DNA of 61,553 bases, the filler included. It is 6 parts of 6 records of this genome, joined end to end, with 100 filler letters (N's around TTAATTAATTAA, not from the genome) between each part and the next. Parts side by side here need not be neighbours in the genome. Positions count along the whole stretch, not along the records: positions 1 to 19,978 come from SRR2962707_2388; positions 20,079 to 31,172 come from SRR2962707_2389; 4 more parts are not named here. One strand, written 5' to 3'. The notes under the pieces are model-generated. The model saw nothing but the letters and a program-made list of their open reading frames with translations, made no database searches and was not told the DNA's origin. Each line of letters opens with the position of its first letter. Position 1 is the first letter of the stretch. Shown here in pieces: positions 12,358 to 22,148 of the stretch. A program made the position numbers and the translations under genes.

Positions 12358-12750
12358 CTAGAATACAGTGCAGATTACTTCGCCACCAATACCAGCAGCG
12401 CGAGCTGCTCGGTCTGTCATCACACCTTTAGAGGTAGAGATGATCGCAACACCAAGGCCAGCTTCTACTTTAGGTAAAGCAGATGTGCCTTTGTATTGAC
12501 GCAAGCTTGGGCGAGATGCGCGTTTAATTTGTTCAATAACCGGCTTACCTTCGTAGTATTTCAACTCGATAGTAAGGGTCGGTTTAATCGCTTCGTCTAC
12601 AGAAAAGTCACCTACGTAACCTTCTTCGCGTAGAACTGCAGCGACAGATGCCTTCATTTTTGATGAAGGCATGCTCACAGAGGTCTTTGCAGCCATCTGT
12701 GCATTACGAATACGTGTGAACATATCCGCAAGGGTATCTTGCATACTCAT
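12358..12750 (-). CDS. rpsH: 30S ribosomal protein S8
   Basis: [23 protein letters not shown] places the start at 12750 rather than 12807. Confidence 0.98.
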   Translation of the reverse strand: MSMQDTLADMFTRIRNAQMAAKTSVSMPSSKMKASVAAVLREEGYVGDFSVDEAIKPTLTIELKYYEGKPVIEQIKRASRPSLRQYKGTSALPKVEAGLGVAIISTSKGVMTDRAARAAGIGGEVICTVF

Positions 12751-12798
12751 TAAAGAGCTCCTAATTAAAAACCATTGTGCAGCAAATAGAGCTCGCGC

Positions 12799-12827
12799 AT
12801 AGTACACAGCAGCGGGGAGAATGTCCA
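12799..12827 (-). promoter_or_regulatory. Candidate internal sigma70 promoter upstream of rpsH
   Basis: Minus strand TGGACA-17 nt-TACTAT, then GC-rich discriminator GCGCG. Confidence 0.65.
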
Positions 12828-12878
12828 GTATTTAGACACCCCACCCACTGCCATGTATTATGATAGCGCTCTACTTGC

Positions 12879-13184
12879 TTACCAACTAGCTTTCTTCAAG
12901 CCTGGTACATCACCGCGCATAGCTGCTTCACGCAATTTGATTCGAGACAAACCAAATTTACGATAAACACCATGTGGGCGACCCGTTATTTGACAACGGT
13001 TACGCTGGCGAGAAGAAGATGAATCGCGTGGAAGCGCTTGTAATTTAAGCGTTGCTTCCCACTTTTCATCGTCCGATGCATTAACGTCGCTAATGATCGC
13101 TTTTAGAGCAGCACGCTTTTCAGCGAACTTAGCTACTAATTTAGTACGTTTTGCTTCGCGCTGAATCATTGAGATCTTTGCCAT
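12879..13184 (-). CDS. rpsN: 30S ribosomal protein S14 (101-aa non-zinc type)
   Basis: [12 protein letters not shown]...PGLKKASW. Confidence 0.99.
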   Translation of the reverse strand: MAKISMIQREAKRTKLVAKFAEKRAALKAIISDVNASDDEKWEATLKLQALPRDSSSSRQRNRCQITGRPHGVYRKFGLSRIKLREAAMRGDVPGLKKASW

Positions 13185-13196
13185 GATTCCTACCTC

Positions 13197-13736
13197 TTAT
13201 TTCTTGAAAGGGAAACTAAAGGCGGCTAGCAAAGCACGACCTTCTTCGTCGGTACGAGCAGTCGTTGTAATGGTGATGTCCATACCACGTACACGATCCA
13301 CTTTATCGTAATCGATTTCAGGGAAGATGATCTGCTCTTTAACACCCATGCTATAGTTACCACGACCGTCGAAAGACTTAGGATTAAGTCCACGGAAGTC
13401 ACGGATACGTGGAATAGCAACATCAACCAAACGGTCAAAGAAATCCCACATACGCTCACCACGTAGCGTTACTTTACAACCGATCGGGTAACCGTCACGG
13501 ATTTTAAAGCCTGCTACTGATTTACGCGCCTTAGTCACTACAACTTTCTGGCCGCTAAGTGCTTCTAGATCGTTTACCGCATGCTCAAGAAGTTTCTTGT
13601 CTGCGATAGCTTCACCAACACCCATGTTCAATGTGATTTTAGTGATTTTCGGCACTTCCATCACATTCTTGTATTCAAACTCTTCAGTAAGAGCTGATAC
13701 AACATTATCTTTATAAACTTGCTTAAGTCTCGCCAT
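13197..13736 (-). CDS. rplE: 50S ribosomal protein L5
   Basis: KITLNMGVG...PRIRDFRG...FPEIDYDK. Confidence 0.99.
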   Translation of the reverse strand: MARLKQVYKDNVVSALTEEFEYKNVMEVPKITKITLNMGVGEAIADKKLLEHAVNDLEALSGQKVVVTKARKSVAGFKIRDGYPIGCKVTLRGERMWDFFDRLVDVAIPRIRDFRGLNPKSFDGRGNYSMGVKEQIIFPEIDYDKVDRVRGMDITITTTARTDEEGRALLAAFSFPFKK

Positions 13737-13753
13737 GGCTATAATTCTCGCTC

Positions 13754-14071
13754 TTAGGCGTCGATCGCTTCACTGTTTGATTTAAAGATACGTACTTTAG
13801 TACCGTCTTCATTCAATTTAAAGCCGACGCGATCCGCTTTGTCAGTAGCCTTGTTGTAGATGGCTACATTAGAAACCTGGATAGGTGCTTCTTTTTCAAC
13901 GATGCCGCCAGTTGAACCCTTCATAGGGTTTGGTTTTTCGTGTTTCTTGATCATATTGATACCAGAAACAAGAACTCGGCTTTCGTCTACTACCTTAACA
14001 ACAGTACCGCGTTTGCCTTTATCTTTACCAGCAATCACGATTACTTCGTCGTCACGTTTGATTTTACGCAT
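13754..14071 (-). CDS. rplX: 50S ribosomal protein L24
   Basis: KOW motif [15 protein letters not shown]. Confidence 0.99.
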   Translation of the reverse strand: MRKIKRDDEVIVIAGKDKGKRGTVVKVVDESRVLVSGINMIKKHEKPNPMKGSTGGIVEKEAPIQVSNVAIYNKATDKADRVGFKLNEDGTKVRIFKSNSEAIDA

Positions 14072-14088
14072 AATGTCCCCTCTCCCTC

Positions 14089-14457
14089 TTACAGCACTTC
14101 AGGTGCAAGAGAAACAATTTTCATGAATTGCTCAGTTCGCAACTCACGTGTTACAGGGCCAAAGATACGAGTACCAATAGGCTGTCCTGAAGCATTCAAT
14201 AGAACCGCTGAGTTTACATCAAAACGGATTACAGAACCATCAGGACGACGAACACCTTTCTTAGTTCTAACGACAACTGCGTTAAGAACCTGCCCTTTTT
14301 TAACACGACCACGAGGGATCGCTTCTTTCACTGTGACCTTAATAATGTCACCGATAGCAGCATAACGACGGTGTGAGCCACCCAGTACTTTAATACACTG
14401 AACACGCTTTGCGCCGCTGTTATCTGCAACATCAAGCATCGATTCTGTTTGAATCAT
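14089..14457 (-). CDS. rplN: 50S ribosomal protein L14
   Basis: [10 protein letters not shown]...SLAPEVL. Confidence 0.99.
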   Translation of the reverse strand: MIQTESMLDVADNSGAKRVQCIKVLGGSHRRYAAIGDIIKVTVKEAIPRGRVKKGQVLNAVVVRTKKGVRRPDGSVIRFDVNSAVLLNASGQPIGTRIFGPVTRELRTEQFMKIVSLAPEVL

Positions 14458-14508
14458 TTCTGCTCTCCAATCAAGTTAGATAACAAGTCTCACGAGGGAA
14501 AAAGCAGC

Positions 14509-14769
14509 TTATAGAGCTGCAGTTTTCTCAATAACTTGAACCAGGTTCCAAGTCTTAGACTTAGAGTAAGGACGTGTTTCTACGACCTTAACCGTATCAC
14601 CAATCTGGCACTCATTGTTTTCATCGTGAGCGTGTAGTTTAGTTGAACGACGTACGTACTTACCGTACAACGGGTGTTTCTCCGTACGTTCAACTAGTAC
14701 TGTAATGGTTTTATCCATTTTGTCGCTGACTACTTTACCAGTAGCTGTACGCGCTTTTGTTTCTGCCAT
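14509..14769 (-). CDS. rpsQ: 30S ribosomal protein S17
   Basis: [11 protein letters not shown]...ETRPYSKSK; start at MAETK (14769). Confidence 0.98.
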   Translation of the reverse strand: MAETKARTATGKVVSDKMDKTITVLVERTEKHPLYGKYVRRSTKLHAHDENNECQIGDTVKVVETRPYSKSKTWNLVQVIEKTAAL

Positions 14770-14770
14770 C

Positions 14771-14962
14771 TTAGTTACCTGCCTTATCATTTAGCACGGT
14801 TTTAACACGTGCGATATTGCGGCGAACTTGCGGAAGCAAATGAGTTTGCGTCAGCTGACCAGTTGCTTTCTGCATGCGCAATGTAAATTGCTCACGTAGA
14901 AGCTCAACCAAGGTCGCTTGTAGCTCTGCTACAGACTTTTCTTGCAGTTCTTTTGCTATCAT
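14771..14962 (-). CDS. rpmC: 50S ribosomal protein L29
   Basis: [15 protein letters not shown]...[10 protein letters not shown]. Confidence 0.98.
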   Translation of the reverse strand: MIAKELQEKSVAELQATLVELLREQFTLRMQKATGQLTQTHLLPQVRRNIARVKTVLNDKAGN

Positions 14963-15376
14963 CTACATCACCGTACGCGTTACGAAAGTTGTGGACAAAG
15001 GAAGTTTAGCAGCAGCTAAAGCAAACGCTTCGCGAGCTAGCTGTTCTGAAACGCCCTCAACTTCATAAAGCATCTTACCAGGTTGAATCTGTGCAACCCA
15101 GTATTCTACATTACCCTTACCTTTACCCTGACGAACCTCTAGAGGTTTCTGAGTAATCGGCTTATCAGGGAACACACGAATCCAAATCTTACCACCACGT
15201 TTGATGTGACGAGTCATTGCACGACGCGCCGCCTCAATTTGACGAGCAGTAATACGACCACGTTCAGTGGACTTTAATCCGAATTCACCAAAGCTAACTT
15301 GGTTACCGCGAAGGGCAAGACCGCGGTTACGGCCTTTCATCATCTTGCGGAACTTAGTACGTTTCGGTTGTAACAT
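14963..15376 (-). CDS. rplP: 50S ribosomal protein L16
   Basis: [11 protein letters not shown]...IWIRVFPD. Confidence 0.99.
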   Translation of the reverse strand: MLQPKRTKFRKMMKGRNRGLALRGNQVSFGEFGLKSTERGRITARQIEAARRAMTRHIKRGGKIWIRVFPDKPITQKPLEVRQGKGKGNVEYWVAQIQPGKMLYEVEGVSEQLAREAFALAAAKLPLSTTFVTRTVM

Positions 15377-15386
15377 GACTTACCCC

Positions 15387-16067
15387 CTACTTAGACTTCT
15401 TCTTTTGTGCGCCTTTGTCAGCTCGCACTTGCTCAATACCGCCCAAGATTTCGCCTTTGAAGATCCACACTTTAACACCAATGATGCCGTAAGTTGTGTT
15501 TGCTTCATAAGTAGCGTAGTCAATGTCAGCGCGTAGAGTGTGTAGAGGCACGCGGCCTTCACGGTACCACTCAGCACGTGCAATTTCAGCACCGCCTAGA
15601 CGACCACTTACCTGAACCTTGATACCTTTCGCGCCTGCACGCATAGCGTTCTGTACTGCACGCTTCATCGCACGACGGAACATAACACGACGCTCTAATT
15701 GGCTAGCAATATTTTGCGCAACCAATTTCGCATCCATTTCAGGCTTACGAATTTCTTCGATGTTGATGTGAACAGGAACGCCCATCATCTCAGAAACTGC
15801 ATTACGTAGTTTCTCAACATCTTCGCCTTTCTTACCAATTACAATACCTGGACGGGCAGTGTAAATAGTAATGCGAGCTGTTTGAGCAGGACGCTGAATC
15901 TCGATACGAGAAACAGAAGCCTGAACCAATTTTTTCTCCAAGAACTTACGAACCTGAAGATCGTTTAATAACAGCTTAGAATAGTTCTGATTGTTCGCAT
16001 ACCAAGTAGAAGTATGATCTTTAACAATCCCTAAGCGTATTCCAGTTGGATGAACCTTCTGACCCAT
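15387..16067 (-). CDS. rpsC: 30S ribosomal protein S3
   Basis: [13 protein letters not shown]...[13 protein letters not shown]. Confidence 0.99.
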   Translation of the reverse strand: MGQKVHPTGIRLGIVKDHTSTWYANNQNYSKLLLNDLQVRKFLEKKLVQASVSRIEIQRPAQTARITIYTARPGIVIGKKGEDVEKLRNAVSEMMGVPVHINIEEIRKPEMDAKLVAQNIASQLERRVMFRRAMKRAVQNAMRAGAKGIKVQVSGRLGGAEIARAEWYREGRVPLHTLRADIDYATYEANTTYGIIGVKVWIFKGEILGGIEQVRADKGAQKKKSK

Positions 16068-16081
16068 TGGGTTTCTCCTAA

Positions 16082-16414
16082 TTAGTCAGCGACTTTAACT
16101 GTAATATGGCAACCGCGTTTAAGAATACGGTCAGCACGGCCTTTAGCACGTGGCTTAATACGTTTCAGAGTCATAGCCTCATCAACATACGCCGTAGATA
16201 CACGCAAGTCATCAACATCAGCACCTTCGTTATGCTCAGCATTTGCTACAGCAGACTCTAGTACTTTTTTGACAATTACTGCCGCCTTCTTAGGACTGAA
16301 CGCTAAGATGTTCAGTGCTTCGCTAACAGATTTGCCGCGGATTTGATCTACAACCAAACGGGCCTTCTGCGCTGAGAGGCGAGCACCTTTTAATGAAGCG
16401 CTTACTTCACTCAT
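16082..16414 (-). CDS. rplV: 50S ribosomal protein L22
   Basis: SAQKARLV...PRAKGRA. Confidence 0.99.
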   Translation of the reverse strand: MSEVSASLKGARLSAQKARLVVDQIRGKSVSEALNILAFSPKKAAVIVKKVLESAVANAEHNEGADVDDLRVSTAYVDEAMTLKRIKPRAKGRADRILKRGCHITVKVAD

Positions 16415-16428
16415 ATTAATACTCCTAA

Positions 16429-16704
16429 TTACCGTTTGGCTTTCTTGTCCGCAGCGTGACCACGATATGTACGGGTCGGAGCGAACTCACCCAATTTATG
16501 ACCGACCATGTCTTCAGTTACAAGAACTGGAACATGTTGGCGACCATTATGGACAGCGATAGTCAACCCTACAAAATCAGGGAAGATAGTAGAACGGCGT
16601 GACCAAGTCTTAATTGGACGGCGTTCATTTTTCTCTACCGCAGCCTCTACCTTTTTCAACAAATGAAGGTCGATAAAAGGACCTTTTTTTAGTGAACGTG
16701 GCAC
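16429..16704 (-). CDS. rpsS: 30S ribosomal protein S19
   Basis: RSLKKGPF...[12 protein letters not shown] start. Confidence 0.99.
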   Translation of the reverse strand: MPRSLKKGPFIDLHLLKKVEAAVEKNERRPIKTWSRRSTIFPDFVGLTIAVHNGRQHVPVLVTEDMVGHKLGEFAPTRTYRGHAADKKAKR

Positions 16705-16719
16705 AGTCGTTTCCTCTTA

Positions 16720-17544
16720 TTACTTAGTACGGCGACGTACAATAAGTTTATCAGTACGCTTGTTGCTGCGCGTTTTGTAACCTTTAGTAGGCACACCCCA
16801 TGGTGTAACTGGGTGACGACCACCTTTGCTACGACCTTCACCACCACCATGTGGGTGATCAACTGGGTTCATCGCTGCACCGCGGACGGTAGGACGAACA
16901 CCACGCCAACGCGTAGCACCAGCTTTACCAAGAACTCGCAAGCTATGCTCAGAGTTTGATACTTCACCTAAAGTAGCGCGACATTCCGTCAAGACTTTAC
17001 GCATTTCACCAGAACGTAGGCGAAGAGTAACGTAACGACCTTCACGAGCAACTAGCTGAGCAGAAGCACCGGCTGAACGTGCAACTTGTGCACCTTTACC
17101 TGGCTTAAGCTCGATACAGTGAACGGTACTACCAACTGGGATATTTTGCAGAGGCAAAGTATTACCCGCTTTGATAGGCGCATCTGCACCACTAAAAACA
17201 ACATTGCCAGCTACCATACCTTTAGAAGCGATAATGTAACGACGCTCACCATCAGCATATCTAACCAATGCAATATTTGCAGAACGGTTTGGATCATATT
17301 CCAAACGCTCAACTACCGCAGAAATTCCGTCTTTGTTACGACGAAAATCAACCATACGGTAATGCTGCTTATGACCACCACCTACGTGACGCGTAGTGAT
17401 GCGTCCGTTATTGTTACGTCCACCTGATTTGCTCTTTTTAGAAAGCAAAGGTGCATATGGCGCGCCTTTGTGCAAATCGTTGTTGGTAACTTTAACAACG
17501 TGACGACGGCCTGCAGACGTTGGCTTACTTTTTACAACAGCCAT
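16720..17544 (-). CDS. rplB: 50S ribosomal protein L2
   Basis: EYDPNRSA...[13 protein letters not shown]. Confidence 0.99.
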   Translation of the reverse strand: MAVVKSKPTSAGRRHVVKVTNNDLHKGAPYAPLLSKKSKSGGRNNNGRITTRHVGGGHKQHYRMVDFRRNKDGISAVVERLEYDPNRSANIALVRYADGERRYIIASKGMVAGNVVFSGADAPIKAGNTLPLQNIPVGSTVHCIELKPGKGAQVARSAGASAQLVAREGRYVTLRLRSGEMRKVLTECRATLGEVSNSEHSLRVLGKAGATRWRGVRPTVRGAAMNPVDHPHGGGEGRSKGGRHPVTPWGVPTKGYKTRSNKRTDKLIVRRRTK

Positions 17545-17558
17545 TGACCTATCTCCCC

Positions 17559-17855
17559 TTATTCAGCGACCATGAAGTCAATTTCTTGGCCTTCAGCCAA
17601 ACGTACGTACGCTTTTTTCACGTCACTACGCTTGCCTAGACCACGAACTGTACGCTTAGTTTTACCTTTTTGGTTCAACGTGCGAACAGACTCAACTTTG
17701 ACTTCAAAAAGCGCTTCGATAGCTTTTTTGATTTCAGGTTTCGTTGCATCACCAGTAACACGAAAAACGTACTGACCGTTTCCTTCAGAAACGATAGTTG
17801 CTTTTTCGGAAATGTGTGGACCCAACAGAACTTTATAAATGCGTTCGCCGATCAT
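17559..17855 (-). CDS. rplW: 50S ribosomal protein L23
   Basis: PHISEK...ATKPEIK...KKAYV. Confidence 0.99.
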   Translation of the reverse strand: MIGERIYKVLLGPHISEKATIVSEGNGQYVFRVTGDATKPEIKKAIEALFEVKVESVRTLNQKGKTKRTVRGLGKRSDVKKAYVRLAEGQEIDFMVAE

Positions 17856-18457
17856 GCTAGTGTCTCCTCAACTTGTTTCAGAGCACCAACTGTCACCAAC
17901 ACTTTGTCGTAAGCAATCAAGCTAACAGGGTCGATAGACGCTGCATCACGCACATCTACGTTTGGAATGTTGCGAGCTGCTAAAAACAGGTTATCGTCCA
18001 ATTCATGGGAGATAATCAAAGCATTCTCAACATTCAATTCTGTCATTTTGGCTTTGAAGAGCTTAGTTTTTGGAGCTTCCAATTTAAGTTCTTCAACAAC
18101 AACAAGGCGGTCTTGACGTACTAATTCAGACCAGATGGTGCGCATTGCTGCACGATACATCTTCTTGTTTACTTTCTGAGAGTGATCTTGTGGTTTCGCA
18201 GCGAAGGTAACACCACCAGAGCGCCATAGAGGGCTACGGATAGTACCTGCACGTGCACGACCAGAACCTTTTTGTTTCCAAGGTTTGCGTCCGCCACCGG
18301 CCACTTCAGAGCGTGTTTTCTGTGCGCGTGATCCTTGACGAGCGCCAGCCAAGTAAGCCGTAACTACTTGGTGTACTAGTGCTTCGTTGTATTCACGAGC
18401 AAAGGCTACTTCAGAAACTTCGATAGTTCCTTCTGCGCCTGTAAGATTCAAGTTCAT
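17852..18457 (-). CDS. rplD: 50S ribosomal protein L4
   Basis: [14 protein letters not shown]. Confidence 0.99.
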   Translation of the reverse strand: MNLNLTGAEGTIEVSEVAFAREYNEALVHQVVTAYLAGARQGSRAQKTRSEVAGGGRKPWKQKGSGRARAGTIRSPLWRSGGVTFAAKPQDHSQKVNKKMYRAAMRTIWSELVRQDRLVVVEELKLEAPKTKLFKAKMTELNVENALIISHELDDNLFLAARNIPNVDVRDAASIDPVSLIAYDKVLVTVGALKQVEETLA

Positions 18458-18469
18458 TGTCTACCCCTC

Positions 18470-19108
18470 TTAGCGAGCTTTAACAGCTGATTGAAGAATA
18501 ACATCACCGTTTACAGCGCCAGGTACCGCACCTTTCACAAGGATAAGGTTACGTTCTGTATCAACACGAACTACTTCTAAAGACTGAGTAGTTACTTGTG
18601 CTGCGCCCATGTGTCCTGCCATCTTCTTGCCTTTCCAAACACGACCAGGTGTTTGACATTGGCCGATAGAACCAGGTGCACGGTGAGACAATGAGTTACC
18701 ATGTGTAGCGTCTTGCATACTGAAATTATGACGCTTGATGGCACCTTGAAAACCTTTACCTTTAGATTGACCAGTTACATCAACCATAGAGATAGATTCG
18801 AAATCAGCTACAGTCAGCTCATCACCAACATTGATTTCTTTTTCATCACCTGCCAGGCGGAACTCCCACAAACCACGACCTGCTTCAACTGTCGCTTTTG
18901 CAAAGTGACCTGCAGCAGCTTTAGTGACGCGGCTCGAACGGCGAGTACCAACAGTAACTTGAACAGCTTGGTAGCCGTCAGTTTCTGTCGTTTTCACCTG
19001 AGTAACGCGGTTCGGTTCAACCTCGATGACGGTTACTGGCACGGATACACCATCTTCATTGAAGATACGTGTCATACCGGCTTTGCGTCCGACTAATTGA
19101 ATAGTCAT
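18470..19108 (-). CDS. rplC: 50S ribosomal protein L3
   Basis: KAGMTR...SKGKGFQG...GKKMAGHMG. Confidence 0.99.
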   Translation of the reverse strand: MTIQLVGRKAGMTRIFNEDGVSVPVTVIEVEPNRVTQVKTTETDGYQAVQVTVGTRRSSRVTKAAAGHFAKATVEAGRGLWEFRLAGDEKEINVGDELTVADFESISMVDVTGQSKGKGFQGAIKRHNFSMQDATHGNSLSHRAPGSIGQCQTPGRVWKGKKMAGHMGAAQVTTQSLEVVRVDTERNLILVKGAVPGAVNGDVILQSAVKAR

Positions 19109-19127
19109 TTTTTACCTCATTTGCCAG

Positions 19128-19181
19128 TTGTGTACGGGGCTATCACCCGCTACGGCTGGTCATTCCAGACCATTCCACTAA
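19128..19181 (-). promoter_or_regulatory. 23S rRNA H18-H20-like structured mRNA element upstream of rplC (candidate L4/L24-binding operator)
   Basis: mRNA reads UUAGUGGAAUGGUCUGGAAUGACCAGCCGUAGCGGGUGAUAGCCCCGUACACAA, colinear with 23S rRNA domain I (~nt 293-346); ends about 10 nt before the rplC SD. Confidence 0.75.
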
Positions 19182-19236
19182 TGTGCATAAGCCGACTGAT
19201 AACCAGTCGGTTCTCGCACCCCAAAACTTTGAGTTA

Positions 19237-19548
19237 TTAACCCAAAGAGATTTGTACTTCCACGCCTGCCGCAAGATCTAGTTTCATTAGAGCATCAACT
19301 GTTTTTTCAGTTGGTTCAACAATGTCTAGAACACGTTTGTGTGTACGGATTTCATACTGATCACGCGCATCTTTGTTTACGTGTGGAGAAATCAATACTG
19401 TGTAACGCTCTTTGCGAGTAGGAAGTGGAATCGGTCCACGTACTTGCGCACCTGTGCGTTTCGCTGTGTCCACAATTTCTTGTGTTGAAGCATCGATCAG
19501 ACGATGATCAAACGCTTTCAAACGAATACGGATTTTTTGGCTTTGCAT
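19237..19548 (-). CDS. rpsJ: 30S ribosomal protein S10
   Basis: [14 protein letters not shown]...GPIPLPT; GGAG SD places the start at 19548. Confidence 0.99.
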   Translation of the reverse strand: MQSQKIRIRLKAFDHRLIDASTQEIVDTAKRTGAQVRGPIPLPTRKERYTVLISPHVNKDARDQYEIRTHKRVLDIVEPTEKTVDALMKLDLAAGVEVQISLG

Positions 19549-19624
19549 TTCCAACTCCAAATACAATGTTTTGATAACTTAACTGTACATTTGTTAAGCT
19601 AACATCCTTTTTTAAGGACGGCGA

Positions 19625-19653
19625 ATATTAGCTATTCGAAAACTGGTTGTCAA
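19625..19653 (-). promoter_or_regulatory. Sigma70 S10-operon promoter
   Basis: Minus strand TTGACA-17 nt-TAATAT followed by TCGCCG. Confidence 0.8.
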
Positions 19654-19690
19654 GTAACCAATTCTGAAAGAATAAAATTTGCCAACAAAT

Positions 19691-19723
19691 AAAAAAGGCC
19701 ACTCGAAAATCGAGCGGCCTTTT
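19691..19723 (-). terminator. Intrinsic terminator of tuf
   Basis: Minus strand AAAAGGCCGCTCGA-TTT-TCGAGTGGCCTTTTTT. Confidence 0.85.
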
Positions 19724-19755
19724 CCTAGCTCTTAACAATTAATTCGAAGAATCAA

Positions 19756-19978
<223 letters not shown>

Positions 19979-20078
19979 NNNNNNNNNNNNNNNNNNNNNN
20001 NNNNNNNNNNNNNNNNNNNNNNTTAATTAATTAANNNNNNNNNNNNNNNNNNNNNNNNNNNNNNNNNNNNNNNNNNNN
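19979..20078. other. Artificial contig linker 1
   Basis: N44-TTAATTAATTAA-N44 (stops in all six frames); GC content and taxon change across it. Confidence 0.98.
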
Positions 20079-20079
20079 C

Positions 20080-20268
20080 AAGTGGTTCAACGTCAAGAAA
20101 GGCTTCGGGTTTATCGTTCGCGATAGCGGCGATGAAGTCTTTGTACACTTCCGCGCCATTCGTGGCCGTGGCCGCCGGGTATTGCGCCAGGGCCAACTGG
20201 TCCGGTTCAGCGTTGTCGAAGCGGACAAGGGCCTTCAGGCGGACAACGTGTCCATCCTGAGCGACTGA
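20080..20268 (+). CDS. Cold-shock domain protein, C-terminal fragment (contig edge)
   Basis: Manual translation KWFNVKKGFGFIVRDSGDEVFVHFRAIRG...GLQADNVSILSD* with RNP1/RNP2 motifs. Confidence 0.93.
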   Translation, partial: KWFNVKKGFGFIVRDSGDEVFVHFRAIRGRGRRVLRQGQLVRFSVVEADKGLQADNVSILSD

Positions 20269-20288
20269 TCCACGAGAACGTGCATCAC

Positions 20289-20324
20289 AAAAAAGGGGGC
20301 AGCCAACCGGCTGCCCCCTTTTTT
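20289..20324. terminator. Bidirectional intrinsic terminator
   Basis: A6-GGGGGCAGCC-AACC-GGCTGCCCCC-T6 between convergent genes. Confidence 0.85.
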
Positions 20325-20339
20325 ATTGCTGTGAATAAC

Positions 20340-20717
20340 TCAGTTCCAGACCGCCAGTTGCTCTCCGCGCTGATCCAGCCGCCACCATTTCTCATCCTCC
20401 ACGGGCTCCCCTTCTTTCCAGTCACCGGGGCTGCAGCGAATCTCGGTATCCATGGCGCGCCAGGCACTCCGGGCGCAATCAAGGTCGGACACCCAGGGCA
20501 GATCCTCACCCTCCAGGATCACAGAGGTGTATCGCTTGCCACCTGCACCGGGGTACAGATTAATGCGGACTCTATGCGCCCGATAATGAGCTGATCCTTT
20601 CACCGCCCTGTCACCCAGCGCGTCATCCCTGAGCTCAATGTCGTCCAGATGACTGGCAAGCCAGCTCGATACCGCTGACGACTCCAGGTCACGAATGTAG
20701 ATTTCGAGATCCCGCAC
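20340..20717 (-). CDS. Hypothetical protein (~125 aa)
   Basis: Likely GTG start (MRDLEIYIRD) after GGAG; protein-like composition; overlaps the end of the upstream Clp-like gene. Confidence 0.7.
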   Translation of the reverse strand: MRDLEIYIRDLESSAVSSWLASHLDDIELRDDALGDRAVKGSAHYRAHRVRINLYPGAGGKRYTSVILEGEDLPWVSDLDCARSAWRAMDTEIRCSPGDWKEGEPVEDEKWWRLDQRGEQLAVWN

Positions 20718-22095
20718 CTTCTGTTTCTCCTGCCGGTTGATCACAATGGACCACATAGTGAACCGGCCCGGGGCGAGCTGCAACCCAGCGTTCGAGTTCA
20801 TGGCGAAGGTCATCCGTTTTCAGGGTCCTGAGCGTGCCCTCTGCTTTTCGCTCGTGCCACGCCACCTCCGCCGCCGCACGCTCAACGGCCAGGCTTTCAA
20901 GGGATCGCTCCAGTGCCTCTGTCGGTTGTTGCCTGGCCATTGCCACCAGTGACTGTCGCCGCAGCGTATCGGTTCTACCAGCGAGCGCCATACCCTCAAT
21001 AGGGCCTCGCTCGGCAAACAGGTTCAACCGGGCGGCTGCGCGCTCCACCCACTGGATCATACCGCCAGGAGACCCGACCAGCCGACTCCGGCTTGAAGCG
21101 GCATAACGGATCAGCGTTTGGGATAATTCTATGTTCCAGCGCTTTTCAATCGCTGGCTGATGAGCCGTCAGGATGGCAACCTTCTGGCCGGTACTCGTGC
21201 CGGGCATGTCAAAGATATCGAAGTCCCGCCCCAGGCAACGCTCCAATTGCCCAACGGCAGCCTCTGCTTCCGGTGAGTCTGGCCCCAGCATGACCACGGG
21301 GCCCGGATATCCGGTAACCAGACTGCGGGCCACGCTGAGCTCGGGCGCCATCATTGCAGCCAGGTCCGCCGGAGAAACGTTATCCAGAACCAGCGCGGGA
21401 TAATCCTTGCAGTCGATGCCTTTGGACGGGATGGCGGGATTCTCACTGGCCATGATTTCCGCCTCATTGCGAAGGTCCAACCTTATAAAACCACAATACA
21501 GGAACGGCAATAGTGCCTGTAGCCAACTGGTTTTACCGGTACCCCTCGCCCCTCTCACCCACACCAGTGCTCTTGGAACCGAGACCAGGGTAATCGATAC
21601 ATCTTCCGCCAGCTCCAGCCATTCCAGGTCTGTAATCACAACGGGCGTATCGCCTTTGTCGGAGGTTTCGGCGACTTGCTGCTGTTCGTCCGCAGCGGGC
21701 CACCGGTCAACCAGTTCCAACACCGCAACGTAGGCTTTCTCCTGCAGGCGTTCGGCGTTACGAGTCAGCACCGACAACAGGATGGGCCAGTCCAGCCAGG
21801 GGGCATTGCTCAGTTCGCGGGCGGAAGAAAACCAGTACATGAGCTGTGAGGACAACTGGCCCTCTCCGCCCACTTCGGTCACGATGGGTTGCTCACATTG
21901 GATGGTGCGGGTCAGTTCGTCAAGATCAACACCGCGGCTGCGCAGGAATCCGCAGATGGCAGGTTCACCATCCAGCAGCGCCAACAGGAAATCCTCAACG
22001 GTGATGGCATAACCGCCTCGCTGGGCAACGCTGTCACGCGCCCGTTGCAGTGCGGTTTGACAGAGGGGGCTCAGGCATCCTTGCCAGTCTTCCAT
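20689..22095 (-). CDS. Clp-N domain protein with one degenerate AAA module (truncated ClpA/B/V-like)
   Basis: Clp-N-like start (ALQRA...ITVEDFLLALL), Walker A GARGTGKT, Walker B reduced to LVLDN, lid and coiled coil, no second AAA domain. Confidence 0.7.
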   Translation of the reverse strand: MEDWQGCLSPLCQTALQRARDSVAQRGGYAITVEDFLLALLDGEPAICGFLRSRGVDLDELTRTIQCEQPIVTEVGGEGQLSSQLMYWFSSARELSNAPWLDWPILLSVLTRNAERLQEKAYVAVLELVDRWPAADEQQQVAETSDKGDTPVVITDLEWLELAEDVSITLVSVPRALVWVRGARGTGKTSWLQALLPFLYCGFIRLDLRNEAEIMASENPAIPSKGIDCKDYPALVLDNVSPADLAAMMAPELSVARSLVTGYPGPVVMLGPDSPEAEAAVGQLERCLGRDFDIFDMPGTSTGQKVAILTAHQPAIEKRWNIELSQTLIRYAASSRSRLVGSPGGMIQWVERAAARLNLFAERGPIEGMALAGRTDTLRRQSLVAMARQQPTEALERSLESLAVERAAAEVAWHERKAEGTLRTLKTDDLRHELERWVAARPGPVHYVVHCDQPAGETEGAGSRNLHS

Positions 22096-22148
22096 TCACT
22101 TCTCCTTGTGTGTCGGGCATCATCCTGATGCCGTTTCATGTAGATCGA

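Noticed and set aside
19128-19181. Calling the 23S-like segment an rRNA gene or pseudogene
   Set aside because: Only 54 nt, embedded in a normal rpsJ-rplC spacer with pairing-preserving stem differences; better explained as an mRNA mimic
20023-20034. Recurrent TTAATTAATTAA as a biological repeat or att site
   Set aside because: Always centred in 44+44 Ns; a synthetic six-frame stop spacer
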